Counted from the first letter of the stretch, positions 30,115 through 39,173 are shown. The stretch: DNA of 64,000 nt from an uncultured virus (IMG/VR IMGVR_UViG_3300031857_000104) (IMGVR_UViG_3300031857_000104), one strand, 5' to 3'. A program made the numbers and translations. Notes: generated by a model from the sequence alone, not told the origin.

Positions 30115-30666
30115 ATGAACCTACAAGAACAAATATCAAGAATACAATCAATGATGGGTATCATCACTGAAGATAGATACAAAGGATATACGAGATTTTT
30201 AAAAGATAATGTTTTTACCAATTTCCCAAACTATATCATTAACGATATGTTTAGAGAAACTGGTGATTTAGATTATCGTGACGTTCAAGGGATGTCAAAA
30301 GATGAGATTATAGATTATTTTAATAATGGACCCGGTAAAAGATTTTTTGAAAGATATGGGAATTTTGAAACAAGAAATAAACCAAAAGTTATAGAAATAA
30401 AATGGGACGATTTAATTGAACCAATACAAAAGTTTTTAAAAAATAAAATGTCAGGTGAGAATCCAAATTTTCCAAATTCAAGGGAAAAAGTAATACAAAC
30501 AATGGATAGAGAACCAAATCTTGGTAATGGGGATAATGAACCAATTATTATTAAGTATAATAGTGAAGGGAAAATAGAAGATATTGCCGGTGGTAATCAC
30601 AGAACATACGCAGCATTTGAACTTAACAATTTCAACCCAATAAAAATGAAAGCATATGTGATATAA
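30115..30666 (+). CDS. leader-tagged ParB/Srx-like protein
   Basis: MNLQEQISRIQSMMGIITE; EPIII...GGNHRTYAA. Confidence 0.6.
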   Translation: MNLQEQISRIQSMMGIITEDRYKGYTRFLKDNVFTNFPNYIINDMFRETGDLDYRDVQGMSKDEIIDYFNNGPGKRFFERYGNFETRNKPKVIEIKWDDLIEPIQKFLKNKMSGENPNFPNSREKVIQTMDREPNLGNGDNEPIIIKYNSEGKIEDIAGGNHRTYAAFELNNFNPIKMKAYVI

Positions 30667-30670
30667 TAAT

Positions 30671-30697
30671 ATGAACCTACAAGAACAAATTATTTGA
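30671..30697 (+). pseudogene. orphan leader remnant (MNLQEQII-stop)
   Basis: First 20 nt ATGAACCTACAAGAACAAAT identical to the start of 30115, then runs into a terminator. Confidence 0.75.
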
Positions 30698-30729
30698 TCC
30701 CCCACTTGTAAAAATGGGGGATTTTTTTT
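30697..30729 (+). terminator. intrinsic terminator
   Basis: ATCCCCCA...TGGGGGAT plus T-run; overlaps host-type promoter whose TATCTTTG is at 30729. Confidence 0.75.
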
Positions 30730-30753
30730 ATCTTTGTATTATACCAATTACCT

Positions 30754-31020
30754 ATGCGAAAAGATAAAGAATCCATAATAAGAACATTTCTTAATGACAT
30801 GGTATTCAAAGATAGAAACGATATTGTTTTAGAAGTAAAAAAGATAACAAAGAAATTTTACGATATAAAAATTATTGTTGTATTAGACCGTAAAGATGGA
30901 ATGATTAAAAGATTTAATAAAGGAGTTTCAATTTCACCGATAGACACATTATTACAATCTTATGGTATTTTAGAAAAAAATGAATATGAATTAGATTGGG
31001 ATTATAGATACGATTATTAG
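30754..31020 (+). CDS. hypothetical protein (no leader)
   Basis: 88 aa ORF after host-type promoter. Confidence 0.65.
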   Translation: MRKDKESIIRTFLNDMVFKDRNDIVLEVKKITKKFYDIKIIVVLDRKDGMIKRFNKGVSISPIDTLLQSYGILEKNEYELDWDYRYDY

Positions 31021-31027
31021 TGAAGAT

Positions 31028-31297
31028 ATGTTAAAAGAATATGTTTTAGATTTATTATCAGGTATAGGTTTAAATGAAATAAACGTTATAATAAATGAAA
31101 ATAATACCTTCACCGTTAAAGGTAAATACCGTGTTTTAAACGCTTTTAAGGGTATGGGTAGTGATTTAAAATACGTTGTAACCGTAAACATTAAAAATAA
31201 ATTAAGAACATATTTTAATTATGGTCAATTTGATGTTGAAATAGATATAGAAACAGTTGATTTTGATTGGGATGGAGCAGAAATAATTTTTCAATAA
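31028..31297 (+). CDS. MLTEYIKD-family protein
   Basis: MLKEYVLDLLS; similar to 28098. Confidence 0.7.
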   Translation: MLKEYVLDLLSGIGLNEINVIINENNTFTVKGKYRVLNAFKGMGSDLKYVVTVNIKNKLRTYFNYGQFDVEIDIETVDFDWDGAEIIFQ

Positions 31298-31536
31298 TGT
31301 TAACAGAATATATAAAAGACATATTAGATAATGAATGTGTAGAAGTTGAACGTATCGGTAAAAGATATGTTATTACACAAATTTTAGATTGTAAAGGATG
31401 TTCAATATTATATGAATTTTATAATAGCACAAGTCGTGTTTTTATAAGAATAATATGTGGAAAATTAGATAAATTTATTCCAAGTGAAGAGTATATAGTT
31501 AAAACAAAAACGATTAACGAACCAATACCTGAGTAG
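31297..31536 (+). CDS. MLTEYIKD-family protein
   Basis: Close paralogue of 31538 (YVITQ.LDC.G, IN.PIPE). Confidence 0.75.
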   Translation: MLTEYIKDILDNECVEVERIGKRYVITQILDCKGCSILYEFYNSTSRVFIRIICGKLDKFIPSEEYIVKTKTINEPIPE

Positions 31537-31537
31537 A

Positions 31538-31777
31538 ATGTTAACCGAATACATAAAAGACATATTAGGATTTAAAGACTTAGAAGTTAAAGTTATTAAC
31601 GATAAGTATGTTATTACACAAACTTTAGATTGCCAAGGAAGTCAAGCAATCTATGATTTTTATGAAAGAACAAATAACCTTGTTACAAAAGTATTATACG
31701 ATAAATTAGATATCTACATTCCAAGAGAAATGTATATAATAGAAGCAAAAATAATTAACAAACCAATACCTGAGTAA
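31538..31777 (+). CDS. MLTEYIKD-family protein
   Basis: Tandem duplicate of 31297. Confidence 0.75.
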   Translation: MLTEYIKDILGFKDLEVKVINDKYVITQTLDCQGSQAIYDFYERTNNLVTKVLYDKLDIYIPREMYIIEAKIINKPIPE

Positions 31778-32146
31778 ATGGTGTTAGATTTCATTAAAAA
31801 CAGATTCCGTAAGAAAGTATTAACTGAAGATGAGAAGGTAGTTAATGCTATTGCTCATTTTATCGTGTCAAGTTTTAAAATAGATATTAGAGATAGTTCT
31901 TTAACAGGGGATGAGTATGGTGTTTATAGAATAGCAAACGGAGGACCTGTTCTATTTTTTTATTATAATCATTATAAAAAACTACAATATAACGAAGAAC
32001 TAACCAAAGAATTATATAAGTATATTCCTGATGAGAGACTAAAGATAATAGATAATGAATTAATCAGAAAAGTATTTAAAAAGTTATTTTATAAGGAAGT
32101 AGATAGTGCGAGTACTTTTAGGGATATAAATAAAACTAAATTATAA
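31778..32146 (+). CDS. hypothetical protein
   Basis: 122 aa; RKKVLTE near the N-terminus. Confidence 0.65.
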   Translation: MVLDFIKNRFRKKVLTEDEKVVNAIAHFIVSSFKIDIRDSSLTGDEYGVYRIANGGPVLFFYYNHYKKLQYNEELTKELYKYIPDERLKIIDNELIRKVFKKLFYKEVDSASTFRDINKTKL

Positions 32147-32173
32147 ATTAAATCTATTAAAGTATTTATTTAT

Positions 32174-32620
32174 ATGGGTCTACAAGAACATATCAGAAAA
32201 GTATTAAAGGAAGAAACCGACAAAAAAGAATCTCTTTTAAAAATCATAGAAGAGAATGGTTTATATGCCTTTATGGGAATGACGGGATTGTCATTACCTG
32301 AAGTTTATGAAAAGGCTGGAGAACTACCAAGAAATATACTTGAACAATACCTTATAGATTGTATTATGGAAGAAGGACATGAAACTCATTATGACGACAG
32401 AAAATATCTTTTAGTTACAACTTCAATTAGTCATAACACTTACGTTGATTATATATCGACAGAAGGAAAAACATTATGGGTTGAAATTAGTGAATATGGT
32501 GACGATGATAATGACGATCCTGAAGATGTTTATACTACGTCCGCAGATAATCTTTCACACAGTAATATATTTGATCTGGTAAATGAAATTACTGAACATA
32601 AATTAAGAAATTTAATATGA
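32174..32620 (+). CDS. leader-tagged protein
   Basis: MGLQEHIRKVLKEE; TATTTAT upstream. Confidence 0.75.
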   Translation: MGLQEHIRKVLKEETDKKESLLKIIEENGLYAFMGMTGLSLPEVYEKAGELPRNILEQYLIDCIMEEGHETHYDDRKYLLVTTSISHNTYVDYISTEGKTLWVEISEYGDDDNDDPEDVYTTSADNLSHSNIFDLVNEITEHKLRNLI

Positions 32621-33039
32621 ACCTACAAGAAAACATCAGAAAAGTATTAAGGGAGGAGTCACTAAAACAAAGCCTGATGGACGAGATAAAAAGGTTCGGC
32701 ATCAGAGACACGGCAAGTATAATGGGTGTAAGTGTGGAAGAACTTTTAGATATGGTGGGGATAAGAGGTACCAAAGACAATATGATATTTTTAGCCAAAG
32801 CAATAATGGATAATGATGTTAAACAAAAATTAAATTACTGTAGTTATAATATCGTACCTACACGTTATTCTATTAATATAGATGTTTATATACCTAAACC
32901 TGAATATGAAGGTAAGTATATGTATGATCAAAGACTACGTAATCATGCATATGAATTAATAAGTGAGTTAATATACAAATTAGGTGGTGGATTAATCAGA
33001 GGACATAATATACACGTTTCTAATACAGGTAATTGTTAA
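32617..33039 (+). CDS. leader-tagged protein
   Basis: MNLQENIRKVLREE. Confidence 0.75.
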   Translation: MNLQENIRKVLREESLKQSLMDEIKRFGIRDTASIMGVSVEELLDMVGIRGTKDNMIFLAKAIMDNDVKQKLNYCSYNIVPTRYSINIDVYIPKPEYEGKYMYDQRLRNHAYELISELIYKLGGGLIRGHNIHVSNTGNC

Positions 33040-33057
33040 GACTATATATTTATTAAT

Positions 33058-33453
33058 ATGAACCTACAAGAACATATCAGAAAAGTATTAAGAGAAGAGA
33101 CTTCTTCAGAAGAAGTAAAGTTTAATAGACAAATAAAAAAAACACGATCATATGAATATCTAATTAACAGATTCAAAATAGAAGATGTGGACGGGGAAGA
33201 GAAGATGGTGGATACAAAATATTATACAACTTATTATATACATGGTGGACAAATAAGTAAAACATCACAAAAAATTAGTAACGACATACTATACGAGATA
33301 TCAAAAATGAAAGGTGAAGAAGAAACTCTTATAAAAATATATAAAAGGTTTTGTAATAAATTATTTCCTGATTGTGATATGGAACACGATACTATGTTAA
33401 ACATGATTATTTATAATATGGTACGTGATTATATATTAGAAGTAAGACTATAG
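33058..33453 (+). CDS. leader-tagged protein
   Basis: MNLQEHIRKVLREE; TATTTAT upstream. Confidence 0.75.
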   Translation: MNLQEHIRKVLREETSSEEVKFNRQIKKTRSYEYLINRFKIEDVDGEEKMVDTKYYTTYYIHGGQISKTSQKISNDILYEISKMKGEEETLIKIYKRFCNKLFPDCDMEHDTMLNMIIYNMVRDYILEVRL

Positions 33454-33716
33454 ATTTAATTTACTCACTCATCTCTACCGTTCATTTCATTCACTACGTT
33501 CTTCGTTCATAATTTAATTCTATACTCTTACATTTCTATAAAGGTTATGTGGTAATTAGTGGGACCTATCTTAAATCATAATGTAATATACTATTAACAA
33601 AATACAGTATAATTGTAAAAACTATTTCCCCCCATTCTAAAGAACTGTCCCCCATTTACTTAATGGATAATAAGAGTAAGATGTATTAGGTATGTTCTAA
33701 TAATATACAGATGAGG

Positions 33717-33769
33717 TGTTCATTAAAAAGGAATGTTCAGTGTCACTGAACAAGGGGAAATAATGAACA
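33717..33769. repeat. nested inverted repeat
   Basis: TGTTCATTA-N8-TGTTCAGTG-T-CACTGAACA-N8-TAATGAACA. Confidence 0.85.
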
Positions 33770-34670
33770 AGATATTGGTATATACAAACGAACAATACGA
33801 AGTGGTATTATATATGGACTGATGTTTTGTAGTAGATAAGTAAGGATAAACCTGACTGTAGTGATACGTTTAGTAAGTCCCACTTATTACCACTAAATAA
33901 TATCTTATTATAATGATCCTATTCTCGTTGGGGGTTAATATATGACACATTTACATGTTCCATTCGTTGGAATATCTTTAGGACTTCGTCTCCCCCGCTT
34001 CTACATAGTTAAGACATTAATTAGCTGGAAAATGTATATACCTAAAAAAATGGTCCTACAGATACCTACAGAGGGGATTTTTTAGGCTGGTCATATCTAG
34101 AACGACAATTATGGTGGGAAATAGTGGAAATTATATGTGGTAAAAAGTGGGGAAAGGGATTGTCCCCCGTGTGAAACGAGACTGACATTTTGTCAAAATC
34201 AAGAAAATTAACAAAAAAGTTATTAACAATTTCCCCCTGACAGTATGACAGAGACCATTTTGTCAGTCTTCAAGGTCTCTAATAATGTACTTTCTAATGT
34301 AGTATGTGATGTAAGAGGTGGGAAAGAAGTCTAAAAAGAATAGACATAGAGATATGAACCCCAATATAAATGATAGTATAATAATAACCCACATAAAGAT
34401 ATATGTTCCCATAAGAGAATAATATTATATAGACTTCAACTTTTCAAGAGTATGTGTATATTTATAGTAGAACTTATTTCCCCCACAGTAGGGGATTAGT
34501 TAATCAGGATCCATGTGACCGTAAAGATTAAGATGAGTTCACAATCACTTTACACTAACTTCCTACTTATGGTGGGGAGATTCTTTATTTATATAAAGCA
34601 GGTTGGAGTCTACCCTCTGCAAGAAGTTGTCCCCCTCTTGAACCCGTCGTCGGAATTACCATAGACAATA

Positions 34671-34700
34671 CAAAGGTACGGATTATTTTTGACATACACA
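34671..34700 (-). promoter_or_regulatory. Bacteroidota-type promoter pointing into the non-coding region
   Basis: Minus strand TTTG...TACCTTTG with about 18 nt spacer. Confidence 0.5.
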
Positions 34701-34954
34701 AATAATCCCCCATATATTTATAAACATTTTTTAGGGAGGGGTGTGGATAACTATATGTCCCCCCTCTATGGTTTGGCATACCCCCTCCCCCCTAAATAGT
34801 GGGGACTCCCTCCCCCGTATCCTCCCTCTTATAGGACATATTGTCAGGCCCAAAAGGGGGGTCAATCCCCTTTATCAAGTATAAACTTTTTAAAACAAAA
34901 AAAGGGGGTATATACCTAAAAAAAATTTCTGGAAAATTTTTCAGAAAATCGGGG

Positions 34955-34961
34955 TATTTAT
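34955..34961 (+). promoter_or_regulatory. TATTTAT motif (representative of about 35 copies before unit-initial genes)
   Basis: Recurs about 4-35 nt before ATG on both strands, e.g. before 10740, 16661, 23593, 26178, 28460, 35394, 37825, 43530, 50536, 54737(-), 61122. Confidence 0.65.
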
Positions 34962-34967
34962 ATTATT

Positions 34968-35324
34968 ATGAAAAGAATTATAAGATTAACAGAATCAGAT
35001 TTAACACGCATCGTTAAACGTGTACTATCTGAACAACCAAAAATCCCTACAGGATTTACACATAAATTAGTTTCCGTTACAAAAAAAGGTAATACTGTTA
35101 TTGGTGTAACATCCCCAACGGTTAGTGAAAGTTCAAACATTCCAACAAGATGGGAAAGTTGTAAAAAAGAAGGTACTAGTAATTGTATTGAATATCCGTC
35201 AACACTACCTGATGGTAGGCATTCGGCAACTGAAGGAACATGTAGTAATTGTGATTTTTTTATTAACTATATGGGTTCAAAATATTTATGTCGTTTTAAT
35301 GATAAACCTTGTAGAAAAGTATAA
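34968..35324 (+). CDS. leader-tagged Cys-rich protein
   Basis: MKRIIRLTESDLTRIVKRVLSE. Confidence 0.75.
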   Translation: MKRIIRLTESDLTRIVKRVLSEQPKIPTGFTHKLVSVTKKGNTVIGVTSPTVSESSNIPTRWESCKKEGTSNCIEYPSTLPDGRHSATEGTCSNCDFFINYMGSKYLCRFNDKPCRKV

Positions 35325-35343
35325 ATGATAATTAATTTATATT

Positions 35344-35372
35344 AACCCCCTCCCCCAACAGAGGGGTTTTTT
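35344..35372 (+). terminator. intrinsic terminator (repeated cassette junction)
   Basis: CCCCTC...AACAGAGGGGTTTTTT; near-identical copy at 35810. Confidence 0.75.
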
Positions 35373-35393
35373 ATTTCCCAAATATTTATTATT

Positions 35394-35804
35394 ATGAAAA
35401 GAATTATAACATTAACGGAATCGGATTTAACAAGGATTGTTAAACGTGTTATTATGGAACAAAATAATAAAAATTTTCCTGAGTCCAAGTTTAATGATAC
35501 ACTAACCAAACTTCTAAAAAGTCAGGGGATTAAGGTGTCGTACCAATACTTTAATCATAATATGTATAAATTAAGGGGTACGGTTTATCTCTATAAGAAT
35601 GGGGAGGTTCTTGGTTATAGACATGGGTATGATTTTTCATATGACTTTGACCAAAGGTTTGGTCGTCTAACTTATTTATCACATTTCCCCAACATAGAGA
35701 ATGTTGACATGTTAAGATTTCTCCCACCTGAAAATGTGGTTGAGTATTTTTCTGATAATTTGGTATCACATATTAAAAAAGATAATCCATATTTGTTTAA
35801 ATAA
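35394..35804 (+). CDS. leader-tagged protein
   Basis: MKRIITLTESDLTRIVKRVIME. Confidence 0.75.
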   Translation: MKRIITLTESDLTRIVKRVIMEQNNKNFPESKFNDTLTKLLKSQGIKVSYQYFNHNMYKLRGTVYLYKNGEVLGYRHGYDFSYDFDQRFGRLTYLSHFPNIENVDMLRFLPPENVVEYFSDNLVSHIKKDNPYLFK

Positions 35805-35809
35805 GACAG

Positions 35810-35837
35810 CCCCCTCATTCAAACAGAGGGGTTTTTT
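35810..35837 (+). terminator. intrinsic terminator (repeated cassette junction)
   Basis: CCCCTC...AACAGAGGGGTTTTTT. Confidence 0.75.
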
Positions 35838-35857
35838 ATTTCCCCATATTTATTATT

Positions 35858-36160
35858 ATGGAAAACCAAATTGAATCTGTAATCAAATCAATTGTATTTA
35901 AAAAATACCCATCATTATATGAGGTTAAAATTAAAGATTTGATGAGGTATTATGAACCTTTAAGTAATAAGTCATTTGTTTGTAATTTCAAATCTAACGA
36001 ATGTTTATCTACAAAAGAACAAATGGATATAGATACTGAAGTTAAATTTTTATTTAATATGTTGGGACCTCAAACTACATTTCGTACACCAGACATCAAA
36101 TGTTTTTTTGATTGTGGAGAAGGATACGAATTTAAAAGTGATTATGGATATAAACATTAA
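35858..36160 (+). CDS. hypothetical protein
   Basis: 100 aa; TATTTAT upstream. Confidence 0.7.
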   Translation: MENQIESVIKSIVFKKYPSLYEVKIKDLMRYYEPLSNKSFVCNFKSNECLSTKEQMDIDTEVKFLFNMLGPQTTFRTPDIKCFFDCGEGYEFKSDYGYKH

Positions 36161-36225
36161 TCCCAACTAAAATCTTTTTATATCTATTACACCCCCAAAT
36201 CTAAAAAAATATTTCTGGAAAAAAT

Positions 36226-36256
36226 TTTGTAAATCCCAACTATTGCATTATCTTTG
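36226..36256 (+). promoter_or_regulatory. Bacteroidota-type promoter (-33/-7)
   Basis: TTTG-N19-TATCTTTG upstream of ATG 36280. Confidence 0.65.
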
Positions 36257-36279
36257 TATTTAATTAAACCCCTTATTAT

Positions 36280-36576
36280 ATGAAATGTAAAATATTATTT
36301 GAATCAAAACACGTTAACGGTAGTGATTACTTTGGAACAAAGATTATATCTATGTTCGATAAAAAATTTAAGATTGTGTATGAATGTAGAAATGGTAGGT
36401 CATCACTTGATGTTGATATTATGAATTCTGATGGTGAGTTCAAACATATCCTTTCTAAATATACCCTTGGCTTTTTTCATGGTCCATCATATGTTAGCAA
36501 TCAGGACAATAAAGACAAGGACTTCTATAAGGGTTTTGAGTTATGTAAGGAAGTCATCTCTAAAATATATTCTTAG
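36280..36576 (+). CDS. hypothetical protein (no leader)
   Basis: 98 aa ORF after host-type promoter. Confidence 0.7.
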   Translation: MKCKILFESKHVNGSDYFGTKIISMFDKKFKIVYECRNGRSSLDVDIMNSDGEFKHILSKYTLGFFHGPSYVSNQDNKDKDFYKGFELCKEVISKIYS

Positions 36577-36580
36577 TCAT

Positions 36581-36838
36581 ATGGAAGATAAAATGTTTGT
36601 TGGGGTTTCCGTAACAATTAAAGACGGTAGATTCTTTTTTGATATAATGGCAGATAAAGGTTTGTCCTTGGAAGATATTCGTTCCATTCTTGTTGGGGGA
36701 GTTGCATTATCCATTCGTTCAGAAAAAACCCCCGAACTTCAGGCAAAGGTAATGAGAAGTGTTGTCGATCATTTGGAATCTGAATTTATTGACCCTGATT
36801 CATTTAAGGATTCGTATGTGAATGATGATATAAAATAA
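36581..36838 (+). CDS. hypothetical protein
   Basis: Probable start MEDKMF at 36581. Confidence 0.65.
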   Translation: MEDKMFVGVSVTIKDGRFFFDIMADKGLSLEDIRSILVGGVALSIRSEKTPELQAKVMRSVVDHLESEFIDPDSFKDSYVNDDIK

Positions 36839-36918
36839 AAAAATTTTTTTCATAACGAACCATCCCCCAGCCCCCTTCCTTTTTCTTTGTATTATATATT
36901 TATTATTAAATTGATATT

Positions 36919-37746
36919 ATGAAAAATTTAATTATTACAGAATCAGAAAGAAATAGGATATTAGGTATGCACAAATCAGCAACATCAAAACATTATTTAA
37001 TGGAACAAGCAAATGGCGATACACCAAGCGGAAATTATTGGCAGGGAATAGTCGACGACCAAAATAAACAAATAGACCAATCTAATATTAAAAATAGATT
37101 TGGTGAGGATATATTTAATGGTGTTAAAAAAATTGCCGATGACAAAGGAATGACTCAGGTGAATAATATACGTGATGACAATTCATATTACGAATGGAGT
37201 AAAGATTTGGGTGGAGATAATAAATTATTACTATTCTTATATAATCAATCTAATGATAACACCAAAACCGCAGCAATTATGACTTATGTTGATATGGACG
37301 GCGGAAATGCTTACAAAATGAGTGGAGGCCGTTTAAGTAAAGGTTCGGGTTTTAAAATGGGGTCATATCCAAGACCTGATAATATTTACAATATTAGTAC
37401 AAGTTTATTTAATAGTGTGGAATTAACATCAGAAATGGATCAAATATCTAAAATGTTTCAGTCAAATAAACCCGCTCAGCAACAGACACAACAAACAAAT
37501 ACCAATACTTCAAGTGGTTCAGATGTTATAAGTAAATTAACAGCCAATAAACCAACTTTCAAATATTATGCTCTAAATAAAAGTGAAAGTACCTTAGTAG
37601 GTAATGGAGTCGATACAAAAGTCACAATTAAAAGTTGGGATTTTAAAGATGGTGATATACCTCAAATGGTTTATGTATCAGATATTAAAGGGAATGATGT
37701 TACTTTGGAAAACACTACCGGAAGTGCTAATGTAACTTTACAATAA
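36919..37746 (+). CDS. leader-tagged protein
   Basis: MKNLIITESERNRILGMHKSATSKHYLME. Confidence 0.75.
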   Translation: MKNLIITESERNRILGMHKSATSKHYLMEQANGDTPSGNYWQGIVDDQNKQIDQSNIKNRFGEDIFNGVKKIADDKGMTQVNNIRDDNSYYEWSKDLGGDNKLLLFLYNQSNDNTKTAAIMTYVDMDGGNAYKMSGGRLSKGSGFKMGSYPRPDNIYNISTSLFNSVELTSEMDQISKMFQSNKPAQQQTQQTNTNTSSGSDVISKLTANKPTFKYYALNKSESTLVGNGVDTKVTIKSWDFKDGDIPQMVYVSDIKGNDVTLENTTGSANVTLQ

Positions 37747-37771
37747 TTTTAAATCTAAATACTTTATATCA

Positions 37772-37801
37772 CCCCCCTCCATCAAACGGAGGGAGTTTTT
37801 T
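37772..37801 (+). terminator. intrinsic terminator
   Basis: CCCTCC...GGAGGG plus T-run. Confidence 0.7.
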
Positions 37802-37824
37802 ATTATATTGTTATATTTATTAAT

Positions 37825-38124
37825 ATGAAAAGAATTGTAAGGTTAACCGAATCAGATTTAACAAGAATTGTTAAACAAGTAATTAATGAGAATACTGAGG
37901 ATTTTAAAAAAGAATGTGAAAACATAAAAGAATTGACAGGAAGTGTTTGGATGTTTATGAACCAATGTGTTGATTCTGATACTCCAGAAGATTTATATAA
38001 AAAAAACGTTTTGGAAAATTCTAAAAAACTAATTACCGCTTTGCAAAAATTAAATTCAACTATTCCAACAACACAACAACCAATAAGTGATATACCTAAC
38101 AAACCCGATTCGTCCACAACTTAA
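37825..38124 (+). CDS. leader-tagged protein
   Basis: MKRIVRLTESDLTRIVKQVINE. Confidence 0.75.
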   Translation: MKRIVRLTESDLTRIVKQVINENTEDFKKECENIKELTGSVWMFMNQCVDSDTPEDLYKKNVLENSKKLITALQKLNSTIPTTQQPISDIPNKPDSSTT

Positions 38125-38148
38125 TTTTTTCCTTCATATTTATTTTAT

Positions 38149-38550
38149 ATGAAAATCATTATAACAGAATCACAATATAGAACTTTATTGGAATCCACCG
38201 ATAATGAATCAATGGATAAAAATAAGAAATTAATTAATAGTATTGTTGGTTTTGATTTCTCTGGTCGTATTGAACAAATAACCTCAACTCATGATATTGC
38301 AAATTGGATTGATGAGTGTGTTGGTTGGGAAAGTATCAGGAGACGGCTTAATAATTTTGGTCCTATGTATACATTTGAACTTGATGGTGTAAAATACCTT
38401 TATCAAGATAGAGGTAAGTTTGAATTGTTTATGGATGATGATTGTAATGACTATTTTAATGATGAAATCCATGAGAGACTTGGAATTGATTTACTTGGGT
38501 TAAAGTTTTCTGATATCATTAACATGTATTTTGAAGAGGAAGAAAATTAA
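38149..38550 (+). CDS. leader-tagged protein
   Basis: MKIIITESQYRTLLE. Confidence 0.75.
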   Translation: MKIIITESQYRTLLESTDNESMDKNKKLINSIVGFDFSGRIEQITSTHDIANWIDECVGWESIRRRLNNFGPMYTFELDGVKYLYQDRGKFELFMDDDCNDYFNDEIHERLGIDLLGLKFSDIINMYFEEEEN

Positions 38551-38633
38551 TAAAAATTTTTTTAGCATCGAACCTTCCCCCAACCCCCTTCCTTTTTTCT
38601 TTATATTGATATATTTATAAATAAAATATTATT

Positions 38634-39173
38634 ATGAATAATTTAAATGAATACAAAAACAGATTTTACACATTAATGGAATCAACCATGGGTAATGTTA
38701 AACCGTTAATAACCGAAGAAGACGAAAATAACACTATTGATTTAACTGATTTAAATTCACAAGTTCCCGATAATTTGGTTGATAATGCCGATTTAACTCC
38801 TGATGGTACTTATACACCTGTTGGTGGTCGCGGTAACCCTCAAGATACGAACGAGTTTACATTATGTTATGAAGGTAATTGTTATAGAGTACCAGGAAAA
38901 AACGTTAATTTTAACTGGGTTCCAAATGGGATGAGAAAGCCTATTAATGGTAAGATTACCGGAACAAGAAATACTTTTTTTTATGAACCATATGTGGCCA
39001 ATGGCAAATCATATGATATTAAGTATTATTTTGGTGGTCAATTGGCAACTAATGTTATAAATAAATCTGATGATAAGTTGATTGGTTTTGATACCGATAA
39101 TTTTAGTTTTTATTGTTATACACCAAAAAGTGGTGGGGATTATGTTTGTGAAGAATTTACATATGAATTTTAA
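38634..39173 (+). CDS. leader-tagged protein
   Basis: MNNLNEYKNRFYTLMESTMGNVKPLITE. Confidence 0.75.
   Translation: MNNLNEYKNRFYTLMESTMGNVKPLITEEDENNTIDLTDLNSQVPDNLVDNADLTPDGTYTPVGGRGNPQDTNEFTLCYEGNCYRVPGKNVNFNWVPNGMRKPINGKITGTRNTFFYEPYVANGKSYDIKYYFGGQLATNVINKSDDKLIGFDTDNFSFYCYTPKSGGDYVCEEFTYEF

Larger units (their letters stand above)
33454..34954. other. 1.5 kb non-coding region, origin/terminus/operator-like
   Basis: Only long gene-free gap; G/C homopolymer runs, dyads, TGTGGATAA at 34742, 17 bp repeat at 34034 and 34908. Confidence 0.5.

Noticed and set aside
26178..30697. Diversity-generating retroelement or transposon as the source of the duplicated leaders
   Set aside because: No reverse transcriptase, transposase or integrase in the window; repeats are exact, with no adenine-specific variation
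34595..34660. tRNA-like GGGTTCAAG on the minus strand
   Set aside because: Could not build an acceptor stem or cloverleaf
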